From an uncultured Bacilli bacterium (GTDB taxonomy: Bacteria > Bacillota_I > Bacilli_A > RF39 > UBA660), in assembly GCA_947626035.1 (NCBI GenBank), contig CANQQR010000003.1, forward strand, positions 7,603-71,602: a DNA stretch of 64,000 nucleotides. The letters are read 5' to 3'. Below, in pieces: positions 1 to 9,131 of the stretch (position 1 is the first letter of the stretch; each line of letters starts with the position of its first letter). Made by a program: the position numbers and the translations under genes. The notes beneath the pieces are model-generated. The model saw nothing but the letters and a program-made list of their open reading frames with translations. It did no database searches and had not been told where the DNA came from.

Positions 1-1
1 A

Positions 2-589
2 GCATACGAAGGAACTGTAATCGCAGTAGAAAAAAACTATAATCAAACTGACACCTCAGGTGGCTCATATGGTAACTATGTAAAAATAAGACATGAAAAC
101 AACATAGACACACTATACGCTCATTTAAAATATGGTTCAGTAACAGTAAACATAGGAGACAAAGTAACAACATCAACACAAATAGGCGAAATGGGTAACA
201 CCGGCTATGCATTTGGTAACCACTTACATTATGAAGTATTTTTAAACAACGTAAAAGTTAACCCAGAAAACTATACATACGTATTTCCTGGACAAATCAC
301 ATCTTCTGATAAAGAAGCAACAAAAGGCTTACTATATTACACCCCGCCTACACCACCCTCACCCCCAAATGAAGAAGAAACAAAAGAAGAACTAAAAAAA
401 CAAATAAAAGAACTAGAAGACAAAATTGCACTACAATCAAAAGAAATAGAAGTACTAAAAGAAGAATTAAAAGAAAATGAAAATTACGTCTTCACATACA
501 ATGTAAAAAAAACATCACTCTATGAAATAGAACTATATGATGGAGAAATCTTACTAATAAGAAACAATAACCCTGAAGAGACTGAATAA
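2..589 (+). CDS. Peptidase M23 (LytM-type) family protein, 5' partial. C-terminal coiled-coil (K/E-rich) region and a Pro-rich linker.
   Basis: In-frame translation from position 2 gives GSYGNYVKIRHENNIDTLYAHL...GNTGYAFGNHLHYEV, matching the M23 HxH / GxTG motifs. The ORF is open to the window edge. PPTPPSPP linker. Confidence 0.8.
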   Translation, partial: AYEGTVIAVEKNYNQTDTSGGSYGNYVKIRHENNIDTLYAHLKYGSVTVNIGDKVTTSTQIGEMGNTGYAFGNHLHYEVFLNNVKVNPENYTYVFPGQITSSDKEATKGLLYYTPPTPPSPPNEEETKEELKKQIKELEDKIALQSKEIEVLKEELKENENYVFTYNVKKTSLYEIELYDGEILLIRNNNPEETE

Positions 590-658
590 AAAAATTTAGT
601 CTCTTTTTATTATAAAAAAATTTTTCTAAATAATACCAAAAATTAATCGTCATAAACA

Positions 659-687
659 TTGACGAAATTTGTCAAAATTGGTATTAT
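659..687 (+). promoter_or_regulatory. sigma-A-like promoter TTGACG-17-TATTAT overlapped by interlocking palindromes (CGTCA-N7-TGACG and TTGAC-N7-GTCAA).
   Basis: Read directly: ttgacg at 659-664, 17-nt spacer, tattat at 682-687. RBS agaaagaggg lies upstream of the ATG at 715. Confidence 0.5.
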
Positions 688-714
688 AATATAAGTAGAA
701 AGAGGGTTATTATA

Positions 715-3700
715 ATGAAAAAAACAATTGCAATAATAGGCGTAATATTATTTTTATCAGCTGGAACTGCCATTAGTTACAAAAATGTAGACACAATAGT
801 TAAAACAAACAACCAAGAATATTATTCACTACCAGAAGCAAGTGACTTTAATAACGAAGTACTATATAAATGCGTAATAGACGAATATAACAAAAATCAT
901 GCTGACAGTGAAAAAGACACATCATACAAACTAACACAAGATGAACTAGAAAGCATAACTACTTTAACATGCGAGGGAAGTACTAAAGGTGGAAAAATAA
1001 CAAGCCTAAAAGGATTAGAAAAACTAACAAACTTAACAGACTTAAAACTATACTACATAGATAACGAAGAAACAATAGACTTAACTGCACTAACAAAATT
1101 AAAAAACGTAGACATAAACCTAGCACTAAAAGCAAAAGAAATTAAATTTTACGAAGAAAACCAAATAGAAAAAATAAAACTATACAACATATCAAACCTA
1201 ACATCACTTGACTTAACAAAATTACCTAACTTAAAAACAGCAACTCTAAGCTTAACAGGCCTAACAAGCTTTACTCAAAATAGTGTAGTAGAAAACCTAG
1301 TATTATCAGGAACAAAATTAGATGCAGTAGATTTATCTCAACTAACAAACTTAAAAACACTAGATATATATGCTAACTACAACATGACAGACATAACATT
1401 ACCAACTTTAAATAACATAGAATATTTTAGACTTACTGGACAAAAAACAACAACAAACTTAAGCTTTCAAAATCCAGAACAAGAAGTTCCATCACTAAAA
1501 ACATTCATAATATCAGGAACTTCAGTAAACCCTAATATAGACTTTACAAAATACCCTAATCTAGAAGAACTAACACTACAATACACTAGCATAAATAGAA
1601 ACATAGACTTATCAAAATGTACAAACATAAAAAAAGTAGACCTAACTGACAGTGACATAACTGGAGAAATAAACATAAATTCAAGTGCATTAACAAGCCT
1701 ACTTGGAAGCGATAACCAAATAACAGGTGTAACACTAACTAATACAGAAAATCTAAAAACAATAAACTTAAATAAAAACAAAATATCTAAAATAGACTTA
1801 ACTTCAAGTCCTGCATTAACTGAATTAAATTTAAGTGACAATGCTCTAACATCTCTAGACGTATCACAAAACAAAAACTTAAACAAAACGAACATAAACA
1901 ATAACCCATTTAAAGGACAAGACATAATAGTATACAAAAACACAAACGCAGATTTAACAAACAAATTAGTAGAAACAGAAACTAATAAACTAAACATAGT
2001 AAAACAAAGTGAAAATAAACTAAATAGATTATTCTCAGTAAATTCAAATAACATACAATTAACACCAACTACAAAAAGTGAAGAATTTAACAAAAATAAC
2101 TACAATACAATAAACAAAGTAACTGCTAATTTAAACACAAAAGGAGACTATACACTAACTGCAACATATGCTCATGAACTAACTAATAATGAAAAAATAG
2201 ACAATAACTCATATAAATACACTGCATCATTTAACGTATCAGTAATAGAACTAACAAGCGATACATATAATGTAGACGAAGAAAACGAAGTAATAAACAT
2301 AGGCCACGACGAACTAAATGACGAAATATTAGAAAAACTAACACTAAGCACAGAAAAAGATGGCCTAACAGTTAAACGTGAAGACAACAAAGTAGTAATA
2401 AAATATAACGAAGAAACACTAAAATCATTTGACATAATAAACTACACATCAGATACTTATGACTTAAGTAAAGACTACATATATGTTGGAACTGAAGAAT
2501 TTGACGAATCAAAAATCACTGTATCAAACTGTGAAAAAACATACGATGAAGCCCAAAAAGAATTAACAATAAAACATAATGGTAAAACAGTAAAAACAAT
2601 AAAAATAATAGACGTAAAATACACTGACTACACAGGCGACTCAAGTTATGTTTATATAGGAACAGACACTGATATAGACGAATCAAAAATAGTAACAGAT
2701 ACTCTTGTAACAAAAGAACTAAAATCTGACACTAACCAAATAGAACTAAAATACAACGAAGAAACTATTGCTACACTAGACATAGTAAAAATATCAAGTA
2801 GTGACTATAAACTTACTAACGACTACGTATACACATTTATAGAAACCATTGAACCTACAAAAATAACAGTAACAAATGGAACAAATGAAGTATCAGATAA
2901 TACTTTAACAATAAAACATAACGAAACAGTAATAACATCACTAGACATAATAACTCTAAGTTCTACTGACTATCAAATCAAAGACAAATACATTTATGTA
3001 GGAAAGAAAACAGGAGATTACGACACATCAAAAATAGACACAAAAACAACAAACAAAGTAACACTAGAAACAGAAGAAAACAACCTAACAATAAAATACA
3101 ATGACGAATTAATAGACGAAATTCCAATAATAAGTTACACTTCAGAAAAATATGACCTATCAAATGAATATATAGACTACGGAACAAGTGAATTTACTTA
3201 TGACGGAATAGAAGTAACAAACGGAGAACTATACTACACTGATGGTATTTTAAGCCTAAAAGCAAAAGATGGAACAGTACTAGAAACAACAAAAATACTA
3301 ACATACACATCAAGTCACTACCATCTAACTAACGACTACATCTATCTAGGAACAAGTAACTTTGACGAATCTCTAATAAACCTAACAAACGTAACATTAG
3401 ACACACAAGAAAAAGGAAAACTAAAAATAAAATACAATGATACAATAATAAAAACATATGATTTATTAGAAATAAAATTTAGTAGTGATATAGAAGTATC
3501 AAATGAACTAATAAACATAGACAAAATACCAGGAGACTTAAACTATGAAGACTTCATGTCTAAAATAGAAGAAAAAAGTAATGACTTAACAATAACAATA
3601 TACAAAGGCGACCAAAAAATAGAATCAGGAAAAATGGAACATGGAATGCATTTAGTAGTAACATACAAAGACACTGATACAGAACTAGAAAGATTTACAA

Positions 3701-4152
3701 TATCAGACTACTACCTAGAATTTAATGAAGAACTAGACATGGACACACTTAACCATGAAATAACATTCCATAAATTAACAAACAATAATGCAATAACTAT
3801 AGAAGAACTACTAACAAAAATAACAACAAACGGAACAGTAAAAGTTCTAAAAAATGGAGAAACAGAAAAAGATAGAACTGAAAGTATTGCAACAGGGGAC
3901 AAAATACAAATAACACTAGGAGAAGACGAAACAATTTACTACACAGCCATTGTAAAAGGCGACATAAACGGTTCTGGAAGTGTAACATCTTCAGACTTAC
4001 AAAAACTACTTGATAAACTAGCAGGAAAAATAACCCTAACAGAACTAGAAGAAAAAGCTATAGACTTAAACAACTCAAACTCATTAACATCAAGTGATTT
4101 AAGTAAATTACTAGACTTCCTAGCTGGAAAAATAGGAGGAGACGAACTATAA
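715..4152 (+). CDS. Secreted surface protein with signal peptide, N-terminal leucine-rich repeats, about 7 tandem roughly 60-aa repeats and a C-terminal type I dockerin.
   Basis: N-terminal hydrophobic signal. LRR-like LTNLTDLKL / LTNLKTLDIYANYNMTDITL units. Repeats of the form IKYNEETLKSFDII.YTS..YDL..DYIYVGT.EFDESKI. C-terminal DINGSGSVTSSDLQKLLDKLAG ... DLNNSNSLTSSDLSKLLDFLAG is a duplicated Ca-binding dockerin segment. Confidence 0.65.
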   Translation: MKKTIAIIGVILFLSAGTAISYKNVDTIVKTNNQEYYSLPEASDFNNEVLYKCVIDEYNKNHADSEKDTSYKLTQDELESITTLTCEGSTKGGKITSLKGLEKLTNLTDLKLYYIDNEETIDLTALTKLKNVDINLALKAKEIKFYEENQIEKIKLYNISNLTSLDLTKLPNLKTATLSLTGLTSFTQNSVVENLVLSGTKLDAVDLSQLTNLKTLDIYANYNMTDITLPTLNNIEYFRLTGQKTTTNLSFQNPEQEVPSLKTFIISGTSVNPNIDFTKYPNLEELTLQYTSINRNIDLSKCTNIKKVDLTDSDITGEININSSALTSLLGSDNQITGVTLTNTENLKTINLNKNKISKIDLTSSPALTELNLSDNALTSLDVSQNKNLNKTNINNNPFKGQDIIVYKNTNADLTNKLVETETNKLNIVKQSENKLNRLFSVNSNNIQLTPTTKSEEFNKNNYNTINKVTANLNTKGDYTLTATYAHELTNNEKIDNNSYKYTASFNVSVIELTSDTYNVDEENEVINIGHDELNDEILEKLTLSTEKDGLTVKREDNKVVIKYNEETLKSFDIINYTSDTYDLSKDYIYVGTEEFDESKITVSNCEKTYDEAQKELTIKHNGKTVKTIKIIDVKYTDYTGDSSYVYIGTDTDIDESKIVTDTLVTKELKSDTNQIELKYNEETIATLDIVKISSSDYKLTNDYVYTFIETIEPTKITVTNGTNEVSDNTLTIKHNETVITSLDIITLSSTDYQIKDKYIYVGKKTGDYDTSKIDTKTTNKVTLETEENNLTIKYNDELIDEIPIISYTSEKYDLSNEYIDYGTSEFTYDGIEVTNGELYYTDGILSLKAKDGTVLETTKILTYTSSHYHLTNDYIYLGTSNFDESLINLTNVTLDTQEKGKLKIKYNDTIIKTYDLLEIKFSSDIEVSNELINIDKIPGDLNYEDFMSKIEEKSNDLTITIYKGDQKIESGKMEHGMHLVVTYKDTDTELERFTISDYYLEFNEELDMDTLNHEITFHKLTNNNAITIEELLTKITTNGTVKVLKNGETEKDRTESIATGDKIQITLGEDETIYYTAIVKGDINGSGSVTSSDLQKLLDKLAGKITLTELEEKAIDLNNSNSLTSSDLSKLLDFLAGKIGGDEL

Positions 4153-5555
4153 TGAAAAAAATAATAAACTATTTATTACTAAGTTTAATAATACTTTTAC
4201 CTATAAAACTAAACGCCGCTAGTGGTAGATTAGATGTAACTTGTCCTACTACTGCTGAACCTGGACAAACAATAAGTTGTAACATATCACTAACAGCTAC
4301 CGAAGGAACACTAAAATCAACTGAAGCAGACTTTGACCTAGGAGGATTAACATACGTAAGTTTTACTTCTCCATACATATCAAGTAGTCGTTTTGAAGTA
4401 TCAACAAAAAGAATGGTAATAGGAATAAATGATGACGTAACTTCAACTGTATCACTAGGAGAACTAAACTTAACCGTTCCAAGTAGTGCATCAAATAACC
4501 AAACATACACTGTATCTTTTTCAAACATAATATCATCCTCAGATACATATGAAGACGTATACATAGAATCAGCTTCTAGTGTAATCACAGTAAAAATAAA
4601 ATCTACAATAAACACACTAGATTCACTAACAATAGACAAAATAAACTTTGTATTTAACAAAGATACACTAACATACAACTTAAACACAGACGAAAGCACA
4701 ATAAACATCAGTGCAACAAGAACTGACCCACTATCAATAATGACTGGAGACATTGGACAAAAAACACTAAACTATGGCCTAAACACATTCAAAATAACAG
4801 TAACAAGTGAAAGTGGTGTACCTCGTGTATATGTATTAAACATAACTAGACCAGAGCCAGCTAAACCATCCCCAAGTCCAAGTGGAGGTAATAACCAAAG
4901 TACAAATAACAACACAAACAATAATCAAGGACAAACACCTGCAAAAAGTAGTAACAACAAACTATCAAGCTTAACAGCAAATGGTAATAAATTAGACATA
5001 ACAAAAGACGTAATAGAATATAAAATAGAAAACGACGTAGAAAAATTAGACATAAAATATACTCTAGAAGACTCAAAAGCAAAAGTCACAATAACAGGAA
5101 ACGAAAATTTAAAAGTAGGAGAAAACACAATTACCATAACTGTAACAGCAGAAGACGGTTCAACTAAAACATACACACTAAAAGTAACAAAAATGGAAGC
5201 AGGTAAAACTCTAGACACAAATAACTATTTAAAAAGTTTAGAAATAGATAACTACAAAATAGACTTCAACAAAGAAACACAAAAATACACTATTAAAATA
5301 AAAAATGAAAAAACACTAAACATAAAAGCAACAGCCGAAAAAGAAACTAGCAGTGTTACAATAATAGATAACACTAATCTAAAAAACAATAGCAAAATAA
5401 CAGTAAGAGTAACAGCAGAAGATGGAAGCATAAGAGACTACATAATAACAGTAAACGTGTCTTCATTACCTATTATACCTATAATAATCGGATCAATAAT
5501 TTTAATAGTTGTAGTATTAACAGTAGTAATAATGAAAAATAAAAAGAAGAACTAA
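4152..5555 (+). CDS. Membrane-anchored cohesin-domain protein: signal peptide, cohesin, about 3 cadherin-like beta-sandwich domains, Pro/Asn-rich linker and a C-terminal TM anchor.
   Basis: Start overlaps the upstream stop (TAATG). The roughly 140-aa module after the signal (ASGRLDVTCP...VSFSNIISSSDTYEDVYIESASSVITV) has the cohesin pattern. LSSLTANGNKLD...ITITVTAEDGSTKTYTLKV matches the cadherin-like (PF12733) consensus. PEPAKPSPSPSGG linker. LPIIPIIIGSIILIVVVLTVVIMKNKKKN is a C-terminal TM helix. Confidence 0.6.
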   Translation: MKKIINYLLLSLIILLPIKLNAASGRLDVTCPTTAEPGQTISCNISLTATEGTLKSTEADFDLGGLTYVSFTSPYISSSRFEVSTKRMVIGINDDVTSTVSLGELNLTVPSSASNNQTYTVSFSNIISSSDTYEDVYIESASSVITVKIKSTINTLDSLTIDKINFVFNKDTLTYNLNTDESTINISATRTDPLSIMTGDIGQKTLNYGLNTFKITVTSESGVPRVYVLNITRPEPAKPSPSPSGGNNQSTNNNTNNNQGQTPAKSSNNKLSSLTANGNKLDITKDVIEYKIENDVEKLDIKYTLEDSKAKVTITGNENLKVGENTITITVTAEDGSTKTYTLKVTKMEAGKTLDTNNYLKSLEIDNYKIDFNKETQKYTIKIKNEKTLNIKATAEKETSSVTIIDNTNLKNNSKITVRVTAEDGSIRDYIITVNVSSLPIIPIIIGSIILIVVVLTVVIMKNKKKN

Positions 5556-5578
5556 TCGAAAATGATTAGTTTTTTCTT
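5550..5578 (+). terminator. Rho-independent terminator (AACTAATC-gaaaat-GATTAGTT + T-run).
   Basis: 8-bp perfect stem followed by ttttct; the stop codon lies inside the stem. Confidence 0.55.
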
Positions 5579-5631
5579 TAAAAAAAACCTAATAACTGAT
5601 ATAATTATAAAAGAATAGAAAAGAGGGAATT

Positions 5632-6426
5632 ATGAAAAGAATAATAGTATACATTTTATTAATAATAGCATTCACTTCACTAGGCGCAGTAGGACTATTA
5701 AACCAACCAGAAGACACAGTAGATAAAAGCATACTAAATAACATTTACTATAAATATAACAACGTAACAGGTAACTATGAAACAGTAGAAATAAAAGAAA
5801 AAGAAATAATTTATACTGGCACAATCCTAGACACAAAAGACTGCAGTAACTATACATTTAATAAAGACACAAACATAATAAAACTAAGCTGTGGAAGAGC
5901 CATAAGCATCGCAGGTTTCACTGAAGATTTACTAGTATTAACAATAAATAACCAAAATGAATACTATTACAAAAACAATGAAGACAGCTTTAACAAAGAA
6001 TTCCAAAATTACTTCAAAACAACAATAGATGCATACACCCAATCTGGCCTTACATTACTAAAAGAAAAAGAAATAACTTTTGACGAACTAATAGAAAAAA
6101 TAACACAAGAAACAGAAAGCTACATATACATAACTAGTGAAAAATGCACAAAAAAATGTATAATAGCAAATAACATAATAGACAAACTAACAACAAGCAA
6201 AGAAATATATTACATAGAACTAAACAACCTAACTTCACAAAATCTATCAAAAATAAAAGAAATAACAAACAAAGAACTAACAAAAGAAACACTAGACAAA
6301 GAATTCCCAGAAATACTTTTAGTAGGAAATAATAATATAAAAAATATAATAGACTTAAATATAATAGGATTTAACACAGACGAATATACTAACTATTTAG
6401 ATGATTTTGAGGTAAACAATGAATAA
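5632..6426 (+). CDS. Hypothetical secreted protein (signal peptide).
   Basis: RBS aaagaggg, N-terminal hydrophobic segment, consistent codon usage. No recognisable domain. Confidence 0.55.
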   Translation: MKRIIVYILLIIAFTSLGAVGLLNQPEDTVDKSILNNIYYKYNNVTGNYETVEIKEKEIIYTGTILDTKDCSNYTFNKDTNIIKLSCGRAISIAGFTEDLLVLTINNQNEYYYKNNEDSFNKEFQNYFKTTIDAYTQSGLTLLKEKEITFDELIEKITQETESYIYITSEKCTKKCIIANNIIDKLTTSKEIYYIELNNLTSQNLSKIKEITNKELTKETLDKEFPEILLVGNNNIKNIIDLNIIGFNTDEYTNYLDDFEVNNE

Positions 6427-8746
6427 AATAAAAAAAGAAGAAATATTAAAATTAGACAAATACTTTAGACTAGCAAACTATTTATCAGTAGGACAACTAT
6501 ACTTATTAGATAACCCATTACTAAAAAGAAAACTAGAAATAAAAGACATAAAACCAAACGTAGTTGGACACTGGGGAACAGTACCTGCACAAAACTTTAT
6601 ATATGCACACCTAAACAGAATAATAAAAAAATATAACTTAAACATGATATTCATATCAGGCCCAGGTCACGGAGGCCAAGCATCCACAAGTAACACATAC
6701 CTAGAATCAACTTACTCTGAAACCTATCCTAACATAACAGAAAATGAAGAAGGACTAAAAAAATTCTTCAAACAATTTAGTTTCCCAGGTGGAATAGGAA
6801 GCCATGCAACACCAGAAACTCCAGGAAGCATAAACGAAGGTGGAGAACTAGGCTATAGCCTTTCACATGCTTATGGTGCAGCACTAGATAATAAAGACCT
6901 AATCGTCGCGTGTGTAATAGGAGACGGAGAAGCAGAAACTGGCCCACTAGCCGCTTCATGGCAAATAAACAAAATAATAAACCCAAAAACAGACGGAACA
7001 GTATTACCAATTCTAAACTTAAACGGTTACAAAATAGCAAACCCAACTGTACTATCAAGAATAAGTAATGAAGAACTAATCTGTTACTTTACTGGTCTAG
7101 GCTATAAACCATATATAGTTGAAGGAAACGACCCAATAAAAATGCACAAAAAAATGGCAAACACACTAGACGAAATAATAAAATACATACAAAAAATAAA
7201 AAAAGAAATAAACCATCGTAACTTTAGACCATACTACCCACTAATAATACTAAAAACACCAAAAGGCTGGACAGGCCCAAAAGAAGTAGAAGGTACCTTT
7301 AAATCACACCAAGTACCAATACTAGTAAACAAAGATAACATAGCAAACCTACCACTTCTAGAAAAATGGCTAAAAAGTTATAAACCAGAAGAACTATTTA
7401 ACGAAGACGGAAGCATAAAACAAGAAATAAAAGACTTAATCCCACCTAAAGACAAAAGAATGGGAAGTAACAAAATAGCAAATGGTGGCTTACTTCTAAA
7501 AGAATTAAAAACACCAGAACTAAAAAAATGTGGAATCAATATAAAAAGAGGAATAACAGAATGTGAAAGCACACGTGAACTTGGTAACTACATAAAAGAG
7601 TTAATAACACTAAATGAAGAAAATAAAAACTATAGAATATTTGGACCTGACGAAGCCTTATCAAATAGACTAAACAATGTATTTGAAGTAACATACAAAC
7701 AATGGGGTGCAAAAATACTAAAAAAAGACGAACTACTAAATAGAAGTGGTAGAGTAATAGACAGTATCTTATCAGAACATGTCTGTGAAGGTTTGTTAGA
7801 AGGCTACATACTAACAGGAAGACATGGTATGATTAACAGTTACGAATCATTTGCTAAAATCATAGATTCAATGATAAGCCAACATGCTAAATGGCTAAAA
7901 GTAACAACTGCCACACTATGGAGAAAAGACATAAGCTCACTAAACATACTACTAACCTCACATGTATGGCAACAAGACCATAATGGCTACACCCATCAAA
8001 ACCCAGGATTTATAAACAACTTATTAACATCAAAAAATAACCTAGTAAGAATATACTTACCATTTGATACAAACACACTAATAACTACATTTGACAAAGT
8101 AACAAAAACAAAAAACAAAATAAACGTAATAATCGCATCAAAACACAAAAGGCCTGAATGGTTAACAATAGATGAAGCAATAGAACACTGCAAAAAAGGA
8201 ATAGACATACTAAAATGGGCAAGCACTAATGAAGGAAAAAATCCAGACATAGTACTAGCTTGTGCAGGAGACACACCAACTCTAGAAGTTCTAGCAGCAG
8301 TAAGCATACTAAAAGAAAAACTACCTAAACTAAAAATAAGAGTAGTAAATGTAGTAGACTTAACAAAACTAGAATCAAATGAAAATAATCCACATGGACT
8401 ATCAGATAAAGAATATGATAAACTATTCACAAAAGACACACCAATAATATTTGCGTTCCATGGTTACCCAAATGTAATACATTCACTAACCTTTAATAGA
8501 ACAAACAGAAACATGCATGTACTAGGTTACATAGAAGAAGGAACAATAACAACACCATTTGACATGAGAGTACTAAACAAAATAGACAGATACAATATAA
8601 TACTAGACATAATAAAATATGTTCCAAAACTAAAAAAAGAAACAGAACTAAAAAAATATTGTATAGACATGCTAAATCGTCACAATAACTACATAATAAA
8701 ATATGGTAAAGAATTACCAGAAATATCTAATTGGAAATGGAAATGA
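6419..8746 (+). CDS. xfp: Xylulose-5-phosphate / fructose-6-phosphate phosphoketolase.
   Basis: N-terminus LANYLSVGQLYLLDNPLL...GHWGTVPAQNFIYAHLNR and the GDGE TPP-binding region. The 775-aa length is typical of Xfp. Confidence 0.9.
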   Translation: MNKIKKEEILKLDKYFRLANYLSVGQLYLLDNPLLKRKLEIKDIKPNVVGHWGTVPAQNFIYAHLNRIIKKYNLNMIFISGPGHGGQASTSNTYLESTYSETYPNITENEEGLKKFFKQFSFPGGIGSHATPETPGSINEGGELGYSLSHAYGAALDNKDLIVACVIGDGEAETGPLAASWQINKIINPKTDGTVLPILNLNGYKIANPTVLSRISNEELICYFTGLGYKPYIVEGNDPIKMHKKMANTLDEIIKYIQKIKKEINHRNFRPYYPLIILKTPKGWTGPKEVEGTFKSHQVPILVNKDNIANLPLLEKWLKSYKPEELFNEDGSIKQEIKDLIPPKDKRMGSNKIANGGLLLKELKTPELKKCGINIKRGITECESTRELGNYIKELITLNEENKNYRIFGPDEALSNRLNNVFEVTYKQWGAKILKKDELLNRSGRVIDSILSEHVCEGLLEGYILTGRHGMINSYESFAKIIDSMISQHAKWLKVTTATLWRKDISSLNILLTSHVWQQDHNGYTHQNPGFINNLLTSKNNLVRIYLPFDTNTLITTFDKVTKTKNKINVIIASKHKRPEWLTIDEAIEHCKKGIDILKWASTNEGKNPDIVLACAGDTPTLEVLAAVSILKEKLPKLKIRVVNVVDLTKLESNENNPHGLSDKEYDKLFTKDTPIIFAFHGYPNVIHSLTFNRTNRNMHVLGYIEEGTITTPFDMRVLNKIDRYNIILDIIKYVPKLKKETELKKYCIDMLNRHNNYIIKYGKELPEISNWKWK

Positions 8747-8767
8747 GATGCACTATTGCATCCCATT

Positions 8768-9004
8768 TTACTTTTGTGTTGCATATTCTTGAACCCTAGG
8801 ATAAGCTTTCATAACATTAGTTAACCCTAAAAGATAATCAATGCTAGTATTATAGAAAATAGCAAGCTTAATCAAACCATCATAAGAAAGTTGATATTCG
8901 CCATTTTCAATCCTAGAATATTGAGCTTGAGTAATACAAAGAACATCAGCAACAACAGTTTGCTTCAAATCTCTGTCTTCTCTTAAATCACGTATTCTTA
9001 ACAA
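8768..9004 (-). CDS. XRE-family helix-turn-helix transcriptional regulator (Cro/C1-type).
   Basis: LKQTVVADVLCITQAQYSRIENGEYQLSYDGLIKLAIFY is a classic HTH_3. Confidence 0.8.
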   Translation of the reverse strand: MLRIRDLREDRDLKQTVVADVLCITQAQYSRIENGEYQLSYDGLIKLAIFYNTSIDYLLGLTNVMKAYPRVQEYATQK

Positions 9005-9131
9005 TTTTCATCACCTGCCTTTAATTGTTACATATTATAAAACACATATTGACATATATGTAGAAAACGTATAAAATAATAATTAGTATAAAAAATAAGC
9101 ATAGATAACAAAATAATAGTGTAGGTGGAAT

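Noticed and set aside
1467-2093. Many long minus-strand ORFs antisense to large + strand genes (for example 1467-2093, 16276-16581, 20525-21085, 35115-35888, 28929-29567, 60620-60964)
   Set aside because: They are Leu/Phe/Ser-rich translations of the complement of an A-rich coding strand. They have no RBS, no motifs, and are completely nested in well-supported genes. Spurious.
715-5555. True cellulosome (polysaccharide-degrading complex)
   Set aside because: No glycoside hydrolase of cellulase/xylanase type or CBM is visible. The dockerin cargoes are an LRR adhesin and a peptidoglycan hydrolase.
6419-8746. Mollicute-type genetic code (TGA=Trp), suggested by the extreme AT content
   Set aside because: Well-supported genes (xfp, typA, P-type ATPase) terminate at TGA/TAA and encode Trp with TGG. 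Standard code 11.
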